DNA of 64,000 nucleotides from Lachnospiraceae bacterium (lineage in GTDB: Bacteria; Bacillota; Clostridia; Lachnospirales; Lachnospiraceae): the NCBI GenBank assembly GCA_017408025.1, contig JAFQVJ010000068.1:107440-171439 (forward strand), in the 5' to 3' direction. A model generated the notes under the pieces. It was given only the letters and a program-made list of their open reading frames with translations, did not search any database and had not been told where the DNA came from. The position numbers and the translations under genes are program-made. Numbering within the stretch: position 1 is the stretch's first letter; each line of letters starts with the position of its first letter. This document shows, one piece after another, positions 7,607 through 17,950 of this stretch.

Positions 7607-10264
7607 TTATTTTCCAATTTGTTCTGAAAGAATTTCTTTTGCCTTAACAAGTGCCTCATCAATCTTCTCTGGAAGCTTTCCACCTGCCTGAGCCATATTC
7701 GGACGACCACCGCCGCCTCCACCAACGATTGTGGCAATGCCCTTAATGATATTTCCGGCATGAGCGCCATTGGCCATAGCACCATCTGTAGCCATAGCTA
7801 AAAGATTTACCTTACCATCCTGTGCTGATGCAATAACAATTACGCCATCACCAATCTGACCCTTAAGCTGATCACCAAGGTTTCTAAGACCATTCATGTC
7901 TACACCATCAACCTTAACAGCAAGAAGCTTTGTTCCGGCAACATCTTCTACCTGATTCATTACATCACCAAGAGCCTCATTTGCCATCTTGCTCTTAAGC
8001 TTTTCATTTTCTGAATGAAGTGTCTTAATTTCATCCTGCATTGACTCTATCTTCTTAACAAGACCTGCAATGTCTGTCTTAGCAGCCTTAGCGGCTTTCA
8101 TAAGTTCATCTTCCATATCAGCATAGTATTTAACTACGCCTGCTCCTGTAAGAGCCTCAATTCTTCTTACACCTGCCGCAATACCAGACTCTGAAACAAT
8201 CTTGAAGTTAGCAATATTTCCTGTATTCTTTACATGAGTACCACCACAGAGCTCAACAGAGAAATCTCCCATAGCAACTACACGAACCTTCTCACCATAC
8301 TTCTCACCGAAGAGTGCCATAGCTCCTGTCTTCTTAGTCTCATCAAGTGTCATTTCCTTTGTGACAACTTCTATTCCTGAAGCAATCTGATCATTGACAA
8401 TAGCTTCAACCTTTGCAATCTCCTCTGCTGTAAGGGCTGCAAAATGTGAGAAGTCAAAACGAAGTCTGTCTTTATTAACTAAAGAACCCGCCTGCTCTAC
8501 GTGTGAGCCCAGAACCATTCTAAGTGCCTTCTGTAAAAGATGGGTCGCACTGTGATTCTTACATGTATCTGCACGATTTGCGCTGTCCACCTTAAGAGTA
8601 ACAACGTCACCAACCTTTATCATTCCATTGACAATCTTACCTACATGACCAACCTTGCCACCGAGAAGCTTGATTGTATCAACTACCTCAAATGTGCTGT
8701 CGCCTACTGTAATAATACCCTTATCACCTTCCTGACCACCCATTGTAGCGTAGAATGTTGTCTCTTCCACAATGACTGTTCCCATGTCACCATCAGCAAG
8801 TGCCTCTACAACCTCTGTGTCAGTTGTAAGAGCAGTAACCTTTGATGTAGTCTCAAGGGAATCATAGCCTACAAACTTAGTAGTAAGTGAAGTATCCAAC
8901 TCTTCGTATACAGTGGCATCAGCGCCCATATAGTTAGTAGTCTTACGTCTGCTTCTGGCATTCTCTCTCTGCTCTGTCATACATGCATTAAATCCCGCTT
9001 CATCAAGAGTCATACCCTTTTCCTCAAGAATTTCTGCTGTAAGATCAAGAGGGAATCCATAAGTATCGTATAACTTAAATGAATCCTCGCCAGAAAGAAC
9101 TGTTTTTCCTTCTGCCTTCATCTTGTCCATCATCTCGCCAAGAATATTTAAGCCCTGATCAATGGTTTTATTAAATTTATTTTCTTCCTCTGTGAGAACC
9201 TTGAAGATAAACTCCTTCTTCTCATCAAGCTCTGGATATCCATCCTTACTCTCATTAATAACTATCTCTGAAAGTTTAGCAAGGAACTTGCCCTCTATAC
9301 CGAGAAGTCTGCCATGTCTTGCAGCTCTTCTGATAATTCTTCTAAGAACATATCCTCTTCCTTCATTCGATGGCATGACACCATCTGAGATAAGGAATGT
9401 AGATGAACGGATATGATCTGTGATAAGTCTGATAGAAATATCTTTCTTCTCATCTACCTGATATGTTGTACCTGCAAGCTTACAGATTTCATCTCTGATA
9501 GCCTTCATAGTATCAATATCAAATACAGAATCAACATCCTGAACTACTACTGCAAGTCTCTCAAGGCCCATTCCTGTATCAATATTCTTCTGTGCAAGCT
9601 CTGTATAATTGCCCTTACCATCGCCTTCGAACTGTGTAAATACGTTGTTCCATACTTCCATGAATCTGTCACACTCACAGCCCACTTTACAATCAGGCTT
9701 ACCACAACCATATTTGATACCTCTGTCGTAGTATATCTCTGTACATGGACCGCATGGACCTGCGCCGTGCTCCCAGAAGTTATCACACTTACCATTCTCA
9801 TCACGGTAGAATCTTGTAATCTTCTCAGCAGGAACACCAACTTCATCTGTCCAGATGTTAAATGCTTCCTCATCATCATAATAGATTGATGGGTAAAGCC
9901 TGTCCTCTTCAAGACCAATTGTCTTTGTAAGGAACTCCCATGACCATGCTATAGCTTCATGCTTGAAATAGTCTCCAAAAGAGAAATTGCCAAGCATCTC
10001 AAAAAATGTAAGGTGACGTGCTGTCTTACCTACATTTTCAATATCACCAGTTCTAACACACTTCTGGCATGTTGTAACTCTCTTTCTTGGTGGTATCTCC
10101 TGTCCAGTAAAATATGGCTTTAAAGGTGCCATACCTGCGTTGATAAGCAATAAACTCTTGTCGTTATGTGGTACAAGAGAAAAGCTGTTCATCTTCAAAT
10201 GATCCTTGCTCTCAAAAAATTCAAGGTACATCCTTCTAAGTTCGTTTACACCGTATTTATTCAT
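7607..10264 (-). CDS. alaS: Alanine--tRNA ligase
   Basis: Full-length AlaRS (MNKYGVNELRRMYLEFFESKDH...). ATG at 10264 is preceded by GGAGGAAGAC. Confidence 0.97.
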   Translation of the reverse strand: MNKYGVNELRRMYLEFFESKDHLKMNSFSLVPHNDKSLLLINAGMAPLKPYFTGQEIPPRKRVTTCQKCVRTGDIENVGKTARHLTFFEMLGNFSFGDYFKHEAIAWSWEFLTKTIGLEEDRLYPSIYYDDEEAFNIWTDEVGVPAEKITRFYRDENGKCDNFWEHGAGPCGPCTEIYYDRGIKYGCGKPDCKVGCECDRFMEVWNNVFTQFEGDGKGNYTELAQKNIDTGMGLERLAVVVQDVDSVFDIDTMKAIRDEICKLAGTTYQVDEKKDISIRLITDHIRSSTFLISDGVMPSNEGRGYVLRRIIRRAARHGRLLGIEGKFLAKLSEIVINESKDGYPELDEKKEFIFKVLTEEENKFNKTIDQGLNILGEMMDKMKAEGKTVLSGEDSFKLYDTYGFPLDLTAEILEEKGMTLDEAGFNACMTEQRENARSRRKTTNYMGADATVYEELDTSLTTKFVGYDSLETTSKVTALTTDTEVVEALADGDMGTVIVEETTFYATMGGQEGDKGIITVGDSTFEVVDTIKLLGGKVGHVGKIVNGMIKVGDVVTLKVDSANRADTCKNHSATHLLQKALRMVLGSHVEQAGSLVNKDRLRFDFSHFAALTAEEIAKVEAIVNDQIASGIEVVTKEMTLDETKKTGAMALFGEKYGEKVRVVAMGDFSVELCGGTHVKNTGNIANFKIVSESGIAAGVRRIEALTGAGVVKYYADMEDELMKAAKAAKTDIAGLVKKIESMQDEIKTLHSENEKLKSKMANEALGDVMNQVEDVAGTKLLAVKVDGVDMNGLRNLGDQLKGQIGDGVIVIASAQDGKVNLLAMATDGAMANGAHAGNIIKGIATIVGGGGGGRPNMAQAGGKLPEKIDEALVKAKEILSEQIGK

Positions 10265-10285
10265 GTCTTCCTCCAAATGCACAAC

Positions 10286-10459
10286 CTATTGAACTATGGT
10301 TGTCTCCTTTTCTGTCTCTTTAGACTTTTTCGCTTCTTTTCTATCACGCAATTTCTTGCCAACAAAAATTCCCGCGACCATAACCACAACCAATACAATA
10401 AACAGGCATGCATAATATAAAAGACCGCCTAAAAAACCTGAAAAACCCAAAAAGTTCAT
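10286..10459 (-). CDS. Small single-pass membrane protein
   Basis: 57-aa ORF with a hydrophobic core (GGLLYYACLFIVLVVVMVAGIFVG) and a basic/acidic tail. RBS AAAGGAG lies 9 nt upstream of the ATG at 10459. Confidence 0.4.
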   Translation of the reverse strand: MNFLGFSGFLGGLLYYACLFIVLVVVMVAGIFVGKKLRDRKEAKKSKETEKETTIVQ

Positions 10460-10546
10460 ATTTCTCACTCCTTTAATCTTAAACGTTCATTTTTCAAATA
10501 AACATTATATTTAAGTTTATCACAAAAACAGCCATTTTTCAACACT

Positions 10547-12259
10547 TTAATATTGTCCAGTCTTACTAAACTTATCTGCTCTAAATCTAGCAGCATTAAT
10601 AATATCCTCATCATAGCCCATAACTTTCAATAATTGTATGGCATTTCTGCTAGTGGCACGACCTTTATTCAGCTTATAATTAAATAGCACATCATCATCT
10701 ACAACGTCCTCTTCAAAGTGATAATTAGCGTACCAATCTTCAAGTAAATGGGTTAATTCGATATCGTGAGTTGCCGCAAAAGAAATTACATCACATTTTT
10801 CTCTATTCGCAAAGCTCTTCAATATTTCTGTAGACGCAGAAACTCGTTCAACCGTATTTGTTCCTCTAAGGACTTCATCAACAAAGCAAATGATTTTTTC
10901 TCCATCCTTTGATGCATCGATGATTCTCTTCAGTGCTTTTATCTCAACCATATAATAGCTTTCATTATTTTCAAGATCATCCTTAAGACTCATAGATGAG
11001 TATACCTTTCTTCGCTCCATGACAAAGGCCTGACCTGTACATGTGTATATAGTCTGCGCCAGTATGGCGTTTATACCCACAGTCTTTAAAAATGTGGACT
11101 TACCTGACGCATTGCTACCTGTAAGGAGAACACATCTATCTTCCTCTATGGAATTTGCAACAGGCTTTTCTATAAGTGGGTGATACATTTTTTCTCCCTT
11201 TATGCCTTTACCAGAATCAACAGAGGCAGTTACAAAATCCGGTTTGCTATATGCTCCATACTTATTTTTTAGATATGTTCTATACGATGCAGCTGCACAG
11301 GATGACTCCAACAGCCCCATTATCTCATATAATTTACATATTTCTTCATTGTTATCATGAACCTTTTTTAACATAGAATTAAATTTCATAATATCAACAT
11401 GAAAAAGCATTCTCAAATATTCCATAAGGATTTCCGCAAGAGACCCGCTCATGTTATTGCCGGATACAAGAAATACACCCTTTGTCATTCCTTTAATATT
11501 TTCGTAAATACGCTTTATTTCTTCAACATACTTGCCAGTACCATCACTCTCATACTTAGACAGCTTGTCTGCCGCTGATATCATGCGGATAATATAAGCA
11601 AAGCATACGAAATAATTTTCTATTTCTGATTTTGTCCTATAGTACTGCATAACATTTATAACCACCATAGCTATAGTTGCTACAACACCCACTATAGGTT
11701 CTATAAAAATAGTAACTATAGATGCTAAAAGTGCCAACGCCATGATAATATGCTTGGTATTCTTTCTACCTGACAAATCAGCTAATTTACGGATAAAATC
11801 ATAAATACATACTGATTTTGTTCGTCCTATGTCAACAAAATGTTCCTGAAGTTCCCACGCTTTTTCTGGATTTGCCTCCATAAACGATACAATTTTATCA
11901 AAAGACTTTAGCTCTTCATCAGAATAATCCATTCTTCTCAATCGTTCATACAGGCAGTCTTCTCCGATTGACGACCATGTGTGATTCATTAACTTGAATA
12001 TAGAATCCATTCCCATATCATTCCATGTTATATCATCAACGTACGATTTTATCTTTGATTCATTCTTCAAAGCGTCGTAATATTTTCGTATCTTCTGAAA
12101 CTCCACACCCTTATATTCTCTTTTTGGTAATACACCCCAATCATCCTTTAACATCTTTGTTATACGCATTTTCTTATTACGCTTGTATGTTCTTGATTGA
12201 AACGCAAAAAAAACTGCAACACACAAAAAAATAATAAGATAAACTATTAATTCGTCCAT
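10547..12259 (-). CDS. Membrane-associated MutS-related ATPase (MutS domain V only)
   Basis: N-terminal and central TM helices. C-terminal MutS-type ABC ATPase (LLTGSNASGKSTFLKTVG ... FVDEVLRGTNT ... ATHD). No mismatch-binding or Smr domain was seen. Confidence 0.78.
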   Translation of the reverse strand: MDELIVYLIIFLCVAVFFAFQSRTYKRNKKMRITKMLKDDWGVLPKREYKGVEFQKIRKYYDALKNESKIKSYVDDITWNDMGMDSIFKLMNHTWSSIGEDCLYERLRRMDYSDEELKSFDKIVSFMEANPEKAWELQEHFVDIGRTKSVCIYDFIRKLADLSGRKNTKHIIMALALLASIVTIFIEPIVGVVATIAMVVINVMQYYRTKSEIENYFVCFAYIIRMISAADKLSKYESDGTGKYVEEIKRIYENIKGMTKGVFLVSGNNMSGSLAEILMEYLRMLFHVDIMKFNSMLKKVHDNNEEICKLYEIMGLLESSCAAASYRTYLKNKYGAYSKPDFVTASVDSGKGIKGEKMYHPLIEKPVANSIEEDRCVLLTGSNASGKSTFLKTVGINAILAQTIYTCTGQAFVMERRKVYSSMSLKDDLENNESYYMVEIKALKRIIDASKDGEKIICFVDEVLRGTNTVERVSASTEILKSFANREKCDVISFAATHDIELTHLLEDWYANYHFEEDVVDDDVLFNYKLNKGRATSRNAIQLLKVMGYDEDIINAARFRADKFSKTGQY

Positions 12260-12327
12260 AAGCTCCCTCTCTGTCTATTATTTTTGCCAAATATAATGTA
12301 TCACAGATTGGAAGCAACTTCCATAAG

Positions 12328-12367
12328 AAAATATAACTATTTAGGATACCCTAAATAGTTATATTTT
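12328..12367 (-). terminator. Intrinsic (bidirectional-looking) terminator of spoIVA
   Basis: Perfect 18-bp stem AAAATATAACTATTTAGG / CCTAAATAGTTATATTTT with a 4-nt loop, flanked by A and T runs. Confidence 0.65.
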
Positions 12368-12412
12368 TTGACACAATTCTCTTGAAATCAACAGAAAAAT
12401 GAAGTTTATTTG

Positions 12413-13888
12413 TCAAATTATAATACAAATGACACCACCCTTGCTATCATTAGTAATTTTTTGCAAGGTTTCCTGCATCTTTGTTTGAGTTTCATCAGAC
12501 AATTTGTCAATTTTTGTCCTTATTCCATCTGTGACTATCTGTTCAATAGTCTTACCAAATATATTGGTATTCCATATACCTTCCATGCCGTCTTTTCCAT
12601 TACTCTTAATAAACTCCATCAAATCCTTCGCTTGCGGCTCATCACCTACAATAGGTGCCAGCTCGGTCTGTACATTTGCTTTAATAAGATGTATAGATGG
12701 GGCTTCAGCTTTGATCTTTACACCATATTTTGTTCCATTCTTTATAACCTCCGGCTCATCCATAACTATCTCATTCTTACTTGGCATCACTACACCATAG
12801 CCTTTAGCCTGAACCTGTTCTAGTGCAGCTGATATCTTATCAAACTCTTCTTTTTTCTCGGAAAGACCTTTAATTGTCATTATCAATTCATATTCATTGG
12901 ATATATTCTGTCCTGTGAACTGGCTTATAACTTCGTAATAATAGTTCTCGGCAATCTCAATCTGTATACGAATAACACCTGTAGATAAATCCTTTTCACT
13001 AATATTCACTCCACTTATATACTGGTTATCTCCAATAAGTTCACGCAATCCCTGCTCGTCGAAAGCCTTCATATATGTACCTTTATTCAGAACATCTCGC
13101 GCAAACTTTATAATAGATGATTTAATATCATGTTCAGAATTTAACAGTTCAACCCATCCAGGCATAAAAAACATAATTTCACTTACAGGAAATTCCATAA
13201 GAACAGCCGATAATATTCTATTTATATCATCCTTTTTTAACTGATTGCAGTTTACTGGCATAACAGTTACTCCATATTTAATCATTAGTAACTCGGACAG
13301 CTTTAACACTTGTTCATCATCTGGTCTTGTAGTGTTAAGCAAAACTATAAATGGTTTATTTAAACTCTTAAGTTCCTTTATAGTCCTCTCCTCCGCCTCC
13401 TCATACTGCTCTCTTGTAAGCTCACCAAAGCTTCCATCAGTCGTAACAACCACACCTATTGTAGAATGATCATTTATAACCTTTTTTGTTCCTATCTCTG
13501 CCGCTTTTGAAAACGGTATATCATACTCGAACCAAGGTGTCTTAACCATTCTCTCTTCATTGTTTTCGATATGACCTGTTGCACCATCAACCATATAACC
13601 AACACAATCAATCAATCTTATTTTTACTGCCGTGTTACTGTTTAATATAACATTTGCAGCTTCCTTAGGAATAAATTTAGGCTCTGTCGTCATAATAGTC
13701 TTTCCTGCCGCAGACTGTGGCAATTCATCTTTTGTTCTTTCACGATTATGTACATCTTCCATATTCGGAATCACCAGTAAATCCATGAATTTTTTTATAA
13801 ATGTTGACTTACCAGTTCTAACAGGTCCCACAACACCAATATATATTTCTCCACCTGTTCTATTCTCAATATCCTTATATAAATCCAT
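12413..13888 (-). CDS. spoIVA: Stage IV sporulation protein A (spore coat morphogenetic ATPase)
   Basis: MDLYKDIENRTGGEIYIGVVGPVRTGKSTFIKKFMDLLVIPNM... matches the SpoIVA N-terminus and Walker A. ATG at 13888 is preceded by AAAGGAG. Confidence 0.93.
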   Translation of the reverse strand: MDLYKDIENRTGGEIYIGVVGPVRTGKSTFIKKFMDLLVIPNMEDVHNRERTKDELPQSAAGKTIMTTEPKFIPKEAANVILNSNTAVKIRLIDCVGYMVDGATGHIENNEERMVKTPWFEYDIPFSKAAEIGTKKVINDHSTIGVVVTTDGSFGELTREQYEEAEERTIKELKSLNKPFIVLLNTTRPDDEQVLKLSELLMIKYGVTVMPVNCNQLKKDDINRILSAVLMEFPVSEIMFFMPGWVELLNSEHDIKSSIIKFARDVLNKGTYMKAFDEQGLRELIGDNQYISGVNISEKDLSTGVIRIQIEIAENYYYEVISQFTGQNISNEYELIMTIKGLSEKKEEFDKISAALEQVQAKGYGVVMPSKNEIVMDEPEVIKNGTKYGVKIKAEAPSIHLIKANVQTELAPIVGDEPQAKDLMEFIKSNGKDGMEGIWNTNIFGKTIEQIVTDGIRTKIDKLSDETQTKMQETLQKITNDSKGGVICIII

Positions 13889-13917
13889 AAAAAAACTCCT
13901 TTGCATACTTTTACAAA

Positions 13918-13946
13918 AATATATGCAAAGAAGTCTCCTCTTATTC
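13918..13946 (-). promoter_or_regulatory. Sigma-E-type promoter of spoIVA
   Basis: Minus strand GAATAAG-N14-CATATATT, compared with the sigma-E consensus (G/T)(A/C)ATA(A/T)(A/T)-N14-CATACA(A/C)T. spoIVA is sigma-E dependent in B. subtilis. Confidence 0.45.
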
Positions 13947-13972
13947 ATTGTCTTTTATATAGTTTTAATCTA

Positions 13973-15031
13973 TTATTTCAATATTGATAGCTGTCTTGAT
14001 ACCTGCATAAATATCTTTACCAAATCAGGATCATATGTTGTTCCTGCTTCATCTGCTATAATGGCAACAGCTTTTTCACGAGCATCATCTATGGATAATT
14101 CATTATTTCCAGCCATTATTGCACCACATTCACTCTCAAATCTCTTACATACTGATAAAATTCTTGCCGAAAGTGGTATATCATCACCTTTAATTCCCGC
14201 CGGTCTTCCAGTCCCGTCCCATCTCTCATTATGACACTTTGCCACGTCTATTGCCATCTGAAGCATCTCATTATGTTCTGACAAGAACGACAAGTCCTTT
14301 AAGAATTCTACGCCACACTGTTCATGTGGAACATGACCCACACCGTTTGCATTTTTAGCTGACAAGCGTCCAATATTATGAAGAAGCACTGCTTCTCCTA
14401 TAGACTCAATAAATGTGGTGTTTATCTGTTTTTCATACTTATCCGAAAATTCCAATGCCTGAGCTAAAAACCTACAATTATAGGCCATATTTTTAAAGGA
14501 TTCCTCTTTTTCAGGAAAATGAAAAAAGAACATTTTTTCAAGAGCTCTAATTGTATTCTTCTGTTCCTCTTTTATTCTCATCACGTGTTCTTTTACCATT
14601 TTGTTCAGCTTTTTATTATATTCTTCTGTACTCTTCCTCATCTCATACATCTGAACATGGTTATCTACTCGTAAAGAAACCTCTTCCAATGCAAAAGGCT
14701 TATTAATAAAATCCACAGCCCCCAGATTAAATCCCTTAACCTTATCCTCATTTGACATTCCTGCAGATATGAACACTATAGGAATATCCTTTGTATTTAC
14801 ATCATTTTTCAAGATTTCACACAGTTCAAATCCGTCCATCTCCGGCATATACACGTCTAGCAAAATCAATTCCGGCATCTTCATTTTCATCATATCCAAA
14901 GCATCTTTTGCCGAGGATGCCGTTATAGGTGTATAACCACACTTTTCTAGCATTTTCTTCAATATGAGAAGATTTTCAAATAAGTCGTCAACAACAAGGA
15001 CAACTTTTTCGTTATTTATCATTCCATCCAT
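13973..15031 (-). CDS. Response regulator: REC domain plus degenerate HD-GYP domain
   Basis: REC (VLVVDD...LLDVYMPEMDG...KP). C-terminal HD-GYP-like domain has HN for HD (LLHNIGR), HNE for HHE and GRP for GYP (CHNERWDGTGRPAG). ATG at 15031 lies 6 nt after AAGGAG. Confidence 0.85.
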   Translation of the reverse strand: MDGMINNEKVVLVVDDLFENLLILKKMLEKCGYTPITASSAKDALDMMKMKMPELILLDVYMPEMDGFELCEILKNDVNTKDIPIVFISAGMSNEDKVKGFNLGAVDFINKPFALEEVSLRVDNHVQMYEMRKSTEEYNKKLNKMVKEHVMRIKEEQKNTIRALEKMFFFHFPEKEESFKNMAYNCRFLAQALEFSDKYEKQINTTFIESIGEAVLLHNIGRLSAKNANGVGHVPHEQCGVEFLKDLSFLSEHNEMLQMAIDVAKCHNERWDGTGRPAGIKGDDIPLSARILSVCKRFESECGAIMAGNNELSIDDAREKAVAIIADEAGTTYDPDLVKIFMQVSRQLSILK

Positions 15032-15041
15032 ACGCATCTCC

Positions 15042-16541
15042 TTATCTAAATTCTTCTTCAGTTATGCTAGAAAGCATTTCTTTTACATTTCCTAAAATAG
15101 TAATCGCTTTTTCGTAATTAGCTTTCCTTATAGTAAGAATCAACTTAAATAAAAGCTTATCCAAATCTTCACTCTGACCTGCAACTAACTCTTTTATGTT
15201 AGATGCAAACATTTCAGCCTTTTCATAGTTATTTAACTCAATTGTAATGGCAAGCTTATCAACATTCTTGTGTATTTCAGCAAAATTTGCCACAGTACCG
15301 AATTTGCAAACATCTGATATATCTGACTGTTCAAACAACTGACCATTACTATGAGCGACCACATCTGTATATGTAAAGTTATTCTCGTCTATATTACCAG
15401 CTTTATCAGATTTCTTTAGAATAATGTTAAATGAGAACGTACTTCCTTCACCCTTTGTACTCTCCACATATATTTTTCCATTCATCATTTCTACAAGCTG
15501 TTTTGTAATAGCAAGACCAAGTCCTGTACCACCATACTTTCTGGTAACAGAGGCATCAACCTGTGAAAATTCCTTGAACAGCTTCGTCTTTTCTTCCTCA
15601 GATATACCTATACCTGAATCAATGACCATAAAAAACAGCTCAACATAATCATCAGTCTCGCTGGCCTTCATTATTTGAAGCATAACATTTCCCACAGCTG
15701 TAAATTTTACTGCATTAGACATAAGATTATTGAGAATTCTGCTAAGTGCAAGTTCATCACATAACACATACTCTGGAATATCCTTTGCAACATTAAGCAC
15801 AAGTTTCAAACCCTTTTCGTCGATGTTCTTAATATGTGTTGCAACAATATTGTCAATAAACTTACTAAACTTACACTCTTGCTCATCTAAAAGGTATTTA
15901 CCAGCCTCCAACTTTGAGAAATCAAGAATATTGTTGATAAGCTTCATCATATTATCAGCACAATGCTCTATAATCTCAATAGTTCTAATCTGTTCACTAT
16001 TTAACCCTGATTCTCTTAAATCCTTAACATGACCAATGATACCATTAAGTGGTGTCCTAAGCTCATGTGTCACATTTGCCACAAATTCAGTTCTTATTTG
16101 TTCTGTTTTCTTCTGCTCTTCCTTGGCGATATTCATCTGTTTTTCCGCGCTCTTTATCAAAGATGTCTCAATAGCACAAACAGCACCAGTATATCTGTTA
16201 TCGTCAGATATTTTTGAAGCAATTCTTGCCTGCACATCAAAACAAGTCATGTTCTTTCTGTACATGACACTCAATATACTTTCCCCGCCATTCACTTTCT
16301 CAAAAGAAATATGTCCATTATCATCAATAGAAAATACATCGGTGAGAATCTCACCGATATATTTTCCTACGATTTCATCCTGTGAATAGCCTAATTTTTT
16401 TATTCCAGTAACATTACACTCTTTGATAATACCTTTTTTATCAAAGAAAATAATAATCTCCTGTGTAATACTCTGTATAAGTTCACCATGAACTTTGTCA
16501 ATGATAATATCTAAATTAGTCAATTCCATTTCTTTTATCAC
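15042..16541 (-). CDS. Soluble PAS-domain sensor histidine kinase with C-terminal helical extension
   Basis: No TM segments. PAS-like N-terminus, H-box FVANVTHELRTPLNGIIGH, and an HATPase_c domain (GGTGLGLAITKQLVEMMNG). About 120 extra C-terminal residues. Start is uncertain (GTG at 16541 or ATG at 16529). Confidence 0.85.
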   Translation of the reverse strand: MIKEMELTNLDIIIDKVHGELIQSITQEIIIFFDKKGIIKECNVTGIKKLGYSQDEIVGKYIGEILTDVFSIDDNGHISFEKVNGGESILSVMYRKNMTCFDVQARIASKISDDNRYTGAVCAIETSLIKSAEKQMNIAKEEQKKTEQIRTEFVANVTHELRTPLNGIIGHVKDLRESGLNSEQIRTIEIIEHCADNMMKLINNILDFSKLEAGKYLLDEQECKFSKFIDNIVATHIKNIDEKGLKLVLNVAKDIPEYVLCDELALSRILNNLMSNAVKFTAVGNVMLQIMKASETDDYVELFFMVIDSGIGISEEEKTKLFKEFSQVDASVTRKYGGTGLGLAITKQLVEMMNGKIYVESTKGEGSTFSFNIILKKSDKAGNIDENNFTYTDVVAHSNGQLFEQSDISDVCKFGTVANFAEIHKNVDKLAITIELNNYEKAEMFASNIKELVAGQSEDLDKLLFKLILTIRKANYEKAITILGNVKEMLSSITEEEFR

Positions 16542-16544
16542 TTT

Positions 16545-17906
16545 CTAATATTTTCCAAATCCACTTTCAAGCGAAATAATATTTTCATTGCTTCTTGCCA
16601 TACGAGAATTCATCATACCCGTATGGTAATATGGCTGTTCCACATTTCTAAGCTTGAATTTAGCAATAAGTTCTCTAAGTCTCGTAGCCTGATTTGAAAG
16701 CTCTTCACTTGCTGCAGCACATTGCTCACTTGTAGCCGAATTGCTCTGTACAACCTGTGATACCTGACCAAGAGCCTGATCAATCTGTGTTACCGCTGTA
16801 GCCTGCTCATTTGAAGCCGATGCAATTTCGCTTATAATATTTACAATTTTATCAATATTTTCTACGATTTCAGCTAGTGCTGCACCTGTTTCTTCTGCAA
16901 TCCTTGAACCTCTCTCAATCTTACTGATAGAATTCTCAATAAGCTCTGATGTTTCACTGGCTGCTTGCGAGCTCTTAGCTGCAAGATTTCTAACTTCTTC
17001 AGCAACTACTGCAAAGCCTTTACCATGAGCACCTGCCCTCGCCGCCTCAACAGCAGCATTTAAAGCAAGAATATTTGTCTGGAATGCAATATCATCAATC
17101 ACTTTGATAATCTTCGAAATATTTTCAGATGATTCATTAATCTCATTCATAGCAACCATCATTTCCTGCATCTGCTCATTGCCCTTTACAGCACCAGCCT
17201 TTGTTTCAATAACAAGCTTGTTTGCATTATTTGCCTCTGCAGCATTAACCATTGTACGCTGTGCTATATCATCAATAGATGCTGTAATTTCTTCAAGAGC
17301 ACTAGCCTGCTCTGTAGACCCCTGAGCAAGAGACTGACTGGCAGATGCAACCTGTTCAGAACCTGTTGTAACCTGCATAGATGCTTCGCGTATATTCCCA
17401 AGTATATGGTTATTGTCATCAACGAGCTTCTTCAAGGATTTTCCAAGAATATCAATGTCTGTTCTTGGTTCTACATCCATAGACATATCACCTTCTGCTA
17501 TTCTATTAGTCAACTCTGCATCATGCTTAATATTAGCAACTGTCTCTTGTAATGCATTAATGATAGTACCAAATTCATCATCACAAAACTTCTTCAGTTC
17601 TACCTCAACACCGCCATCCCCTACTACCTTGATAGCTTTTACAATCTGCTTTAATGACACTCGTATAGAGCGCCATACATACACACCCAGGCTCACAATG
17701 GTCAATAGAGCCACCACTATCAACACAAAAGAAAATACAGTAAAGCTTCTTATATAACTTTCGGCTTTATCACCGCCAAACCACTCTACGGCATTAGCTA
17801 TACCCATAAAAAGTAGCACTGCAAACATAACTATGAAAAATACCGAAAAAATTATCAGCCAACATACTTTTGTTGATATTTTCCCATTCTTTATCTTAGT
17901 CAACAT
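16545..17906 (-). CDS. Methyl-accepting chemotaxis protein (paralog 1)
   Basis: Two TM helices separated by about 19 aa, a HAMP-like linker, and a conserved MCP signalling domain ([37 protein letters not shown]). Confidence 0.92.
   Translation of the reverse strand: MLTKIKNGKISTKVCWLIIFSVFFIVMFAVLLFMGIANAVEWFGGDKAESYIRSFTVFSFVLIVVALLTIVSLGVYVWRSIRVSLKQIVKAIKVVGDGGVEVELKKFCDDEFGTIINALQETVANIKHDAELTNRIAEGDMSMDVEPRTDIDILGKSLKKLVDDNNHILGNIREASMQVTTGSEQVASASQSLAQGSTEQASALEEITASIDDIAQRTMVNAAEANNANKLVIETKAGAVKGNEQMQEMMVAMNEINESSENISKIIKVIDDIAFQTNILALNAAVEAARAGAHGKGFAVVAEEVRNLAAKSSQAASETSELIENSISKIERGSRIAEETGAALAEIVENIDKIVNIISEIASASNEQATAVTQIDQALGQVSQVVQSNSATSEQCAAASEELSNQATRLRELIAKFKLRNVEQPYYHTGMMNSRMARSNENIISLESGFGKY
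16632..17525 (-). repeat. About 0.9 kb paralogous repeat (MCP signalling-domain coding segment), copy 1 of 3
   Basis: Near-identical at protein level and roughly 90% at DNA level (judged by eye) to 18610-19491 and 20016-20897. Confidence 0.8.
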
Positions 17907-17950
17907 AACATGTACCTCCGATTATTCCTTCTCACTATTTCAGCACATCT

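Noticed and set aside
7591-7785. 64-aa minus-strand ORF, plus the 123-aa ORF at 9547-9918
   Set aside because: Both are alternative frames inside alaS on the same strand and have no independent signals.
10265-10546. Expected T-box leader upstream of alaS, and likewise upstream of trpS at 60090-60273
   Set aside because: The upstream gaps are short (~20 nt before the small ORF for alaS, ~180 nt for trpS). I could not find the T-box motif (AAnnnGGGTGGTACCGCG-like) or a specifier-loop architecture. The trpS gap is largely taken up by the spoIVB terminator.
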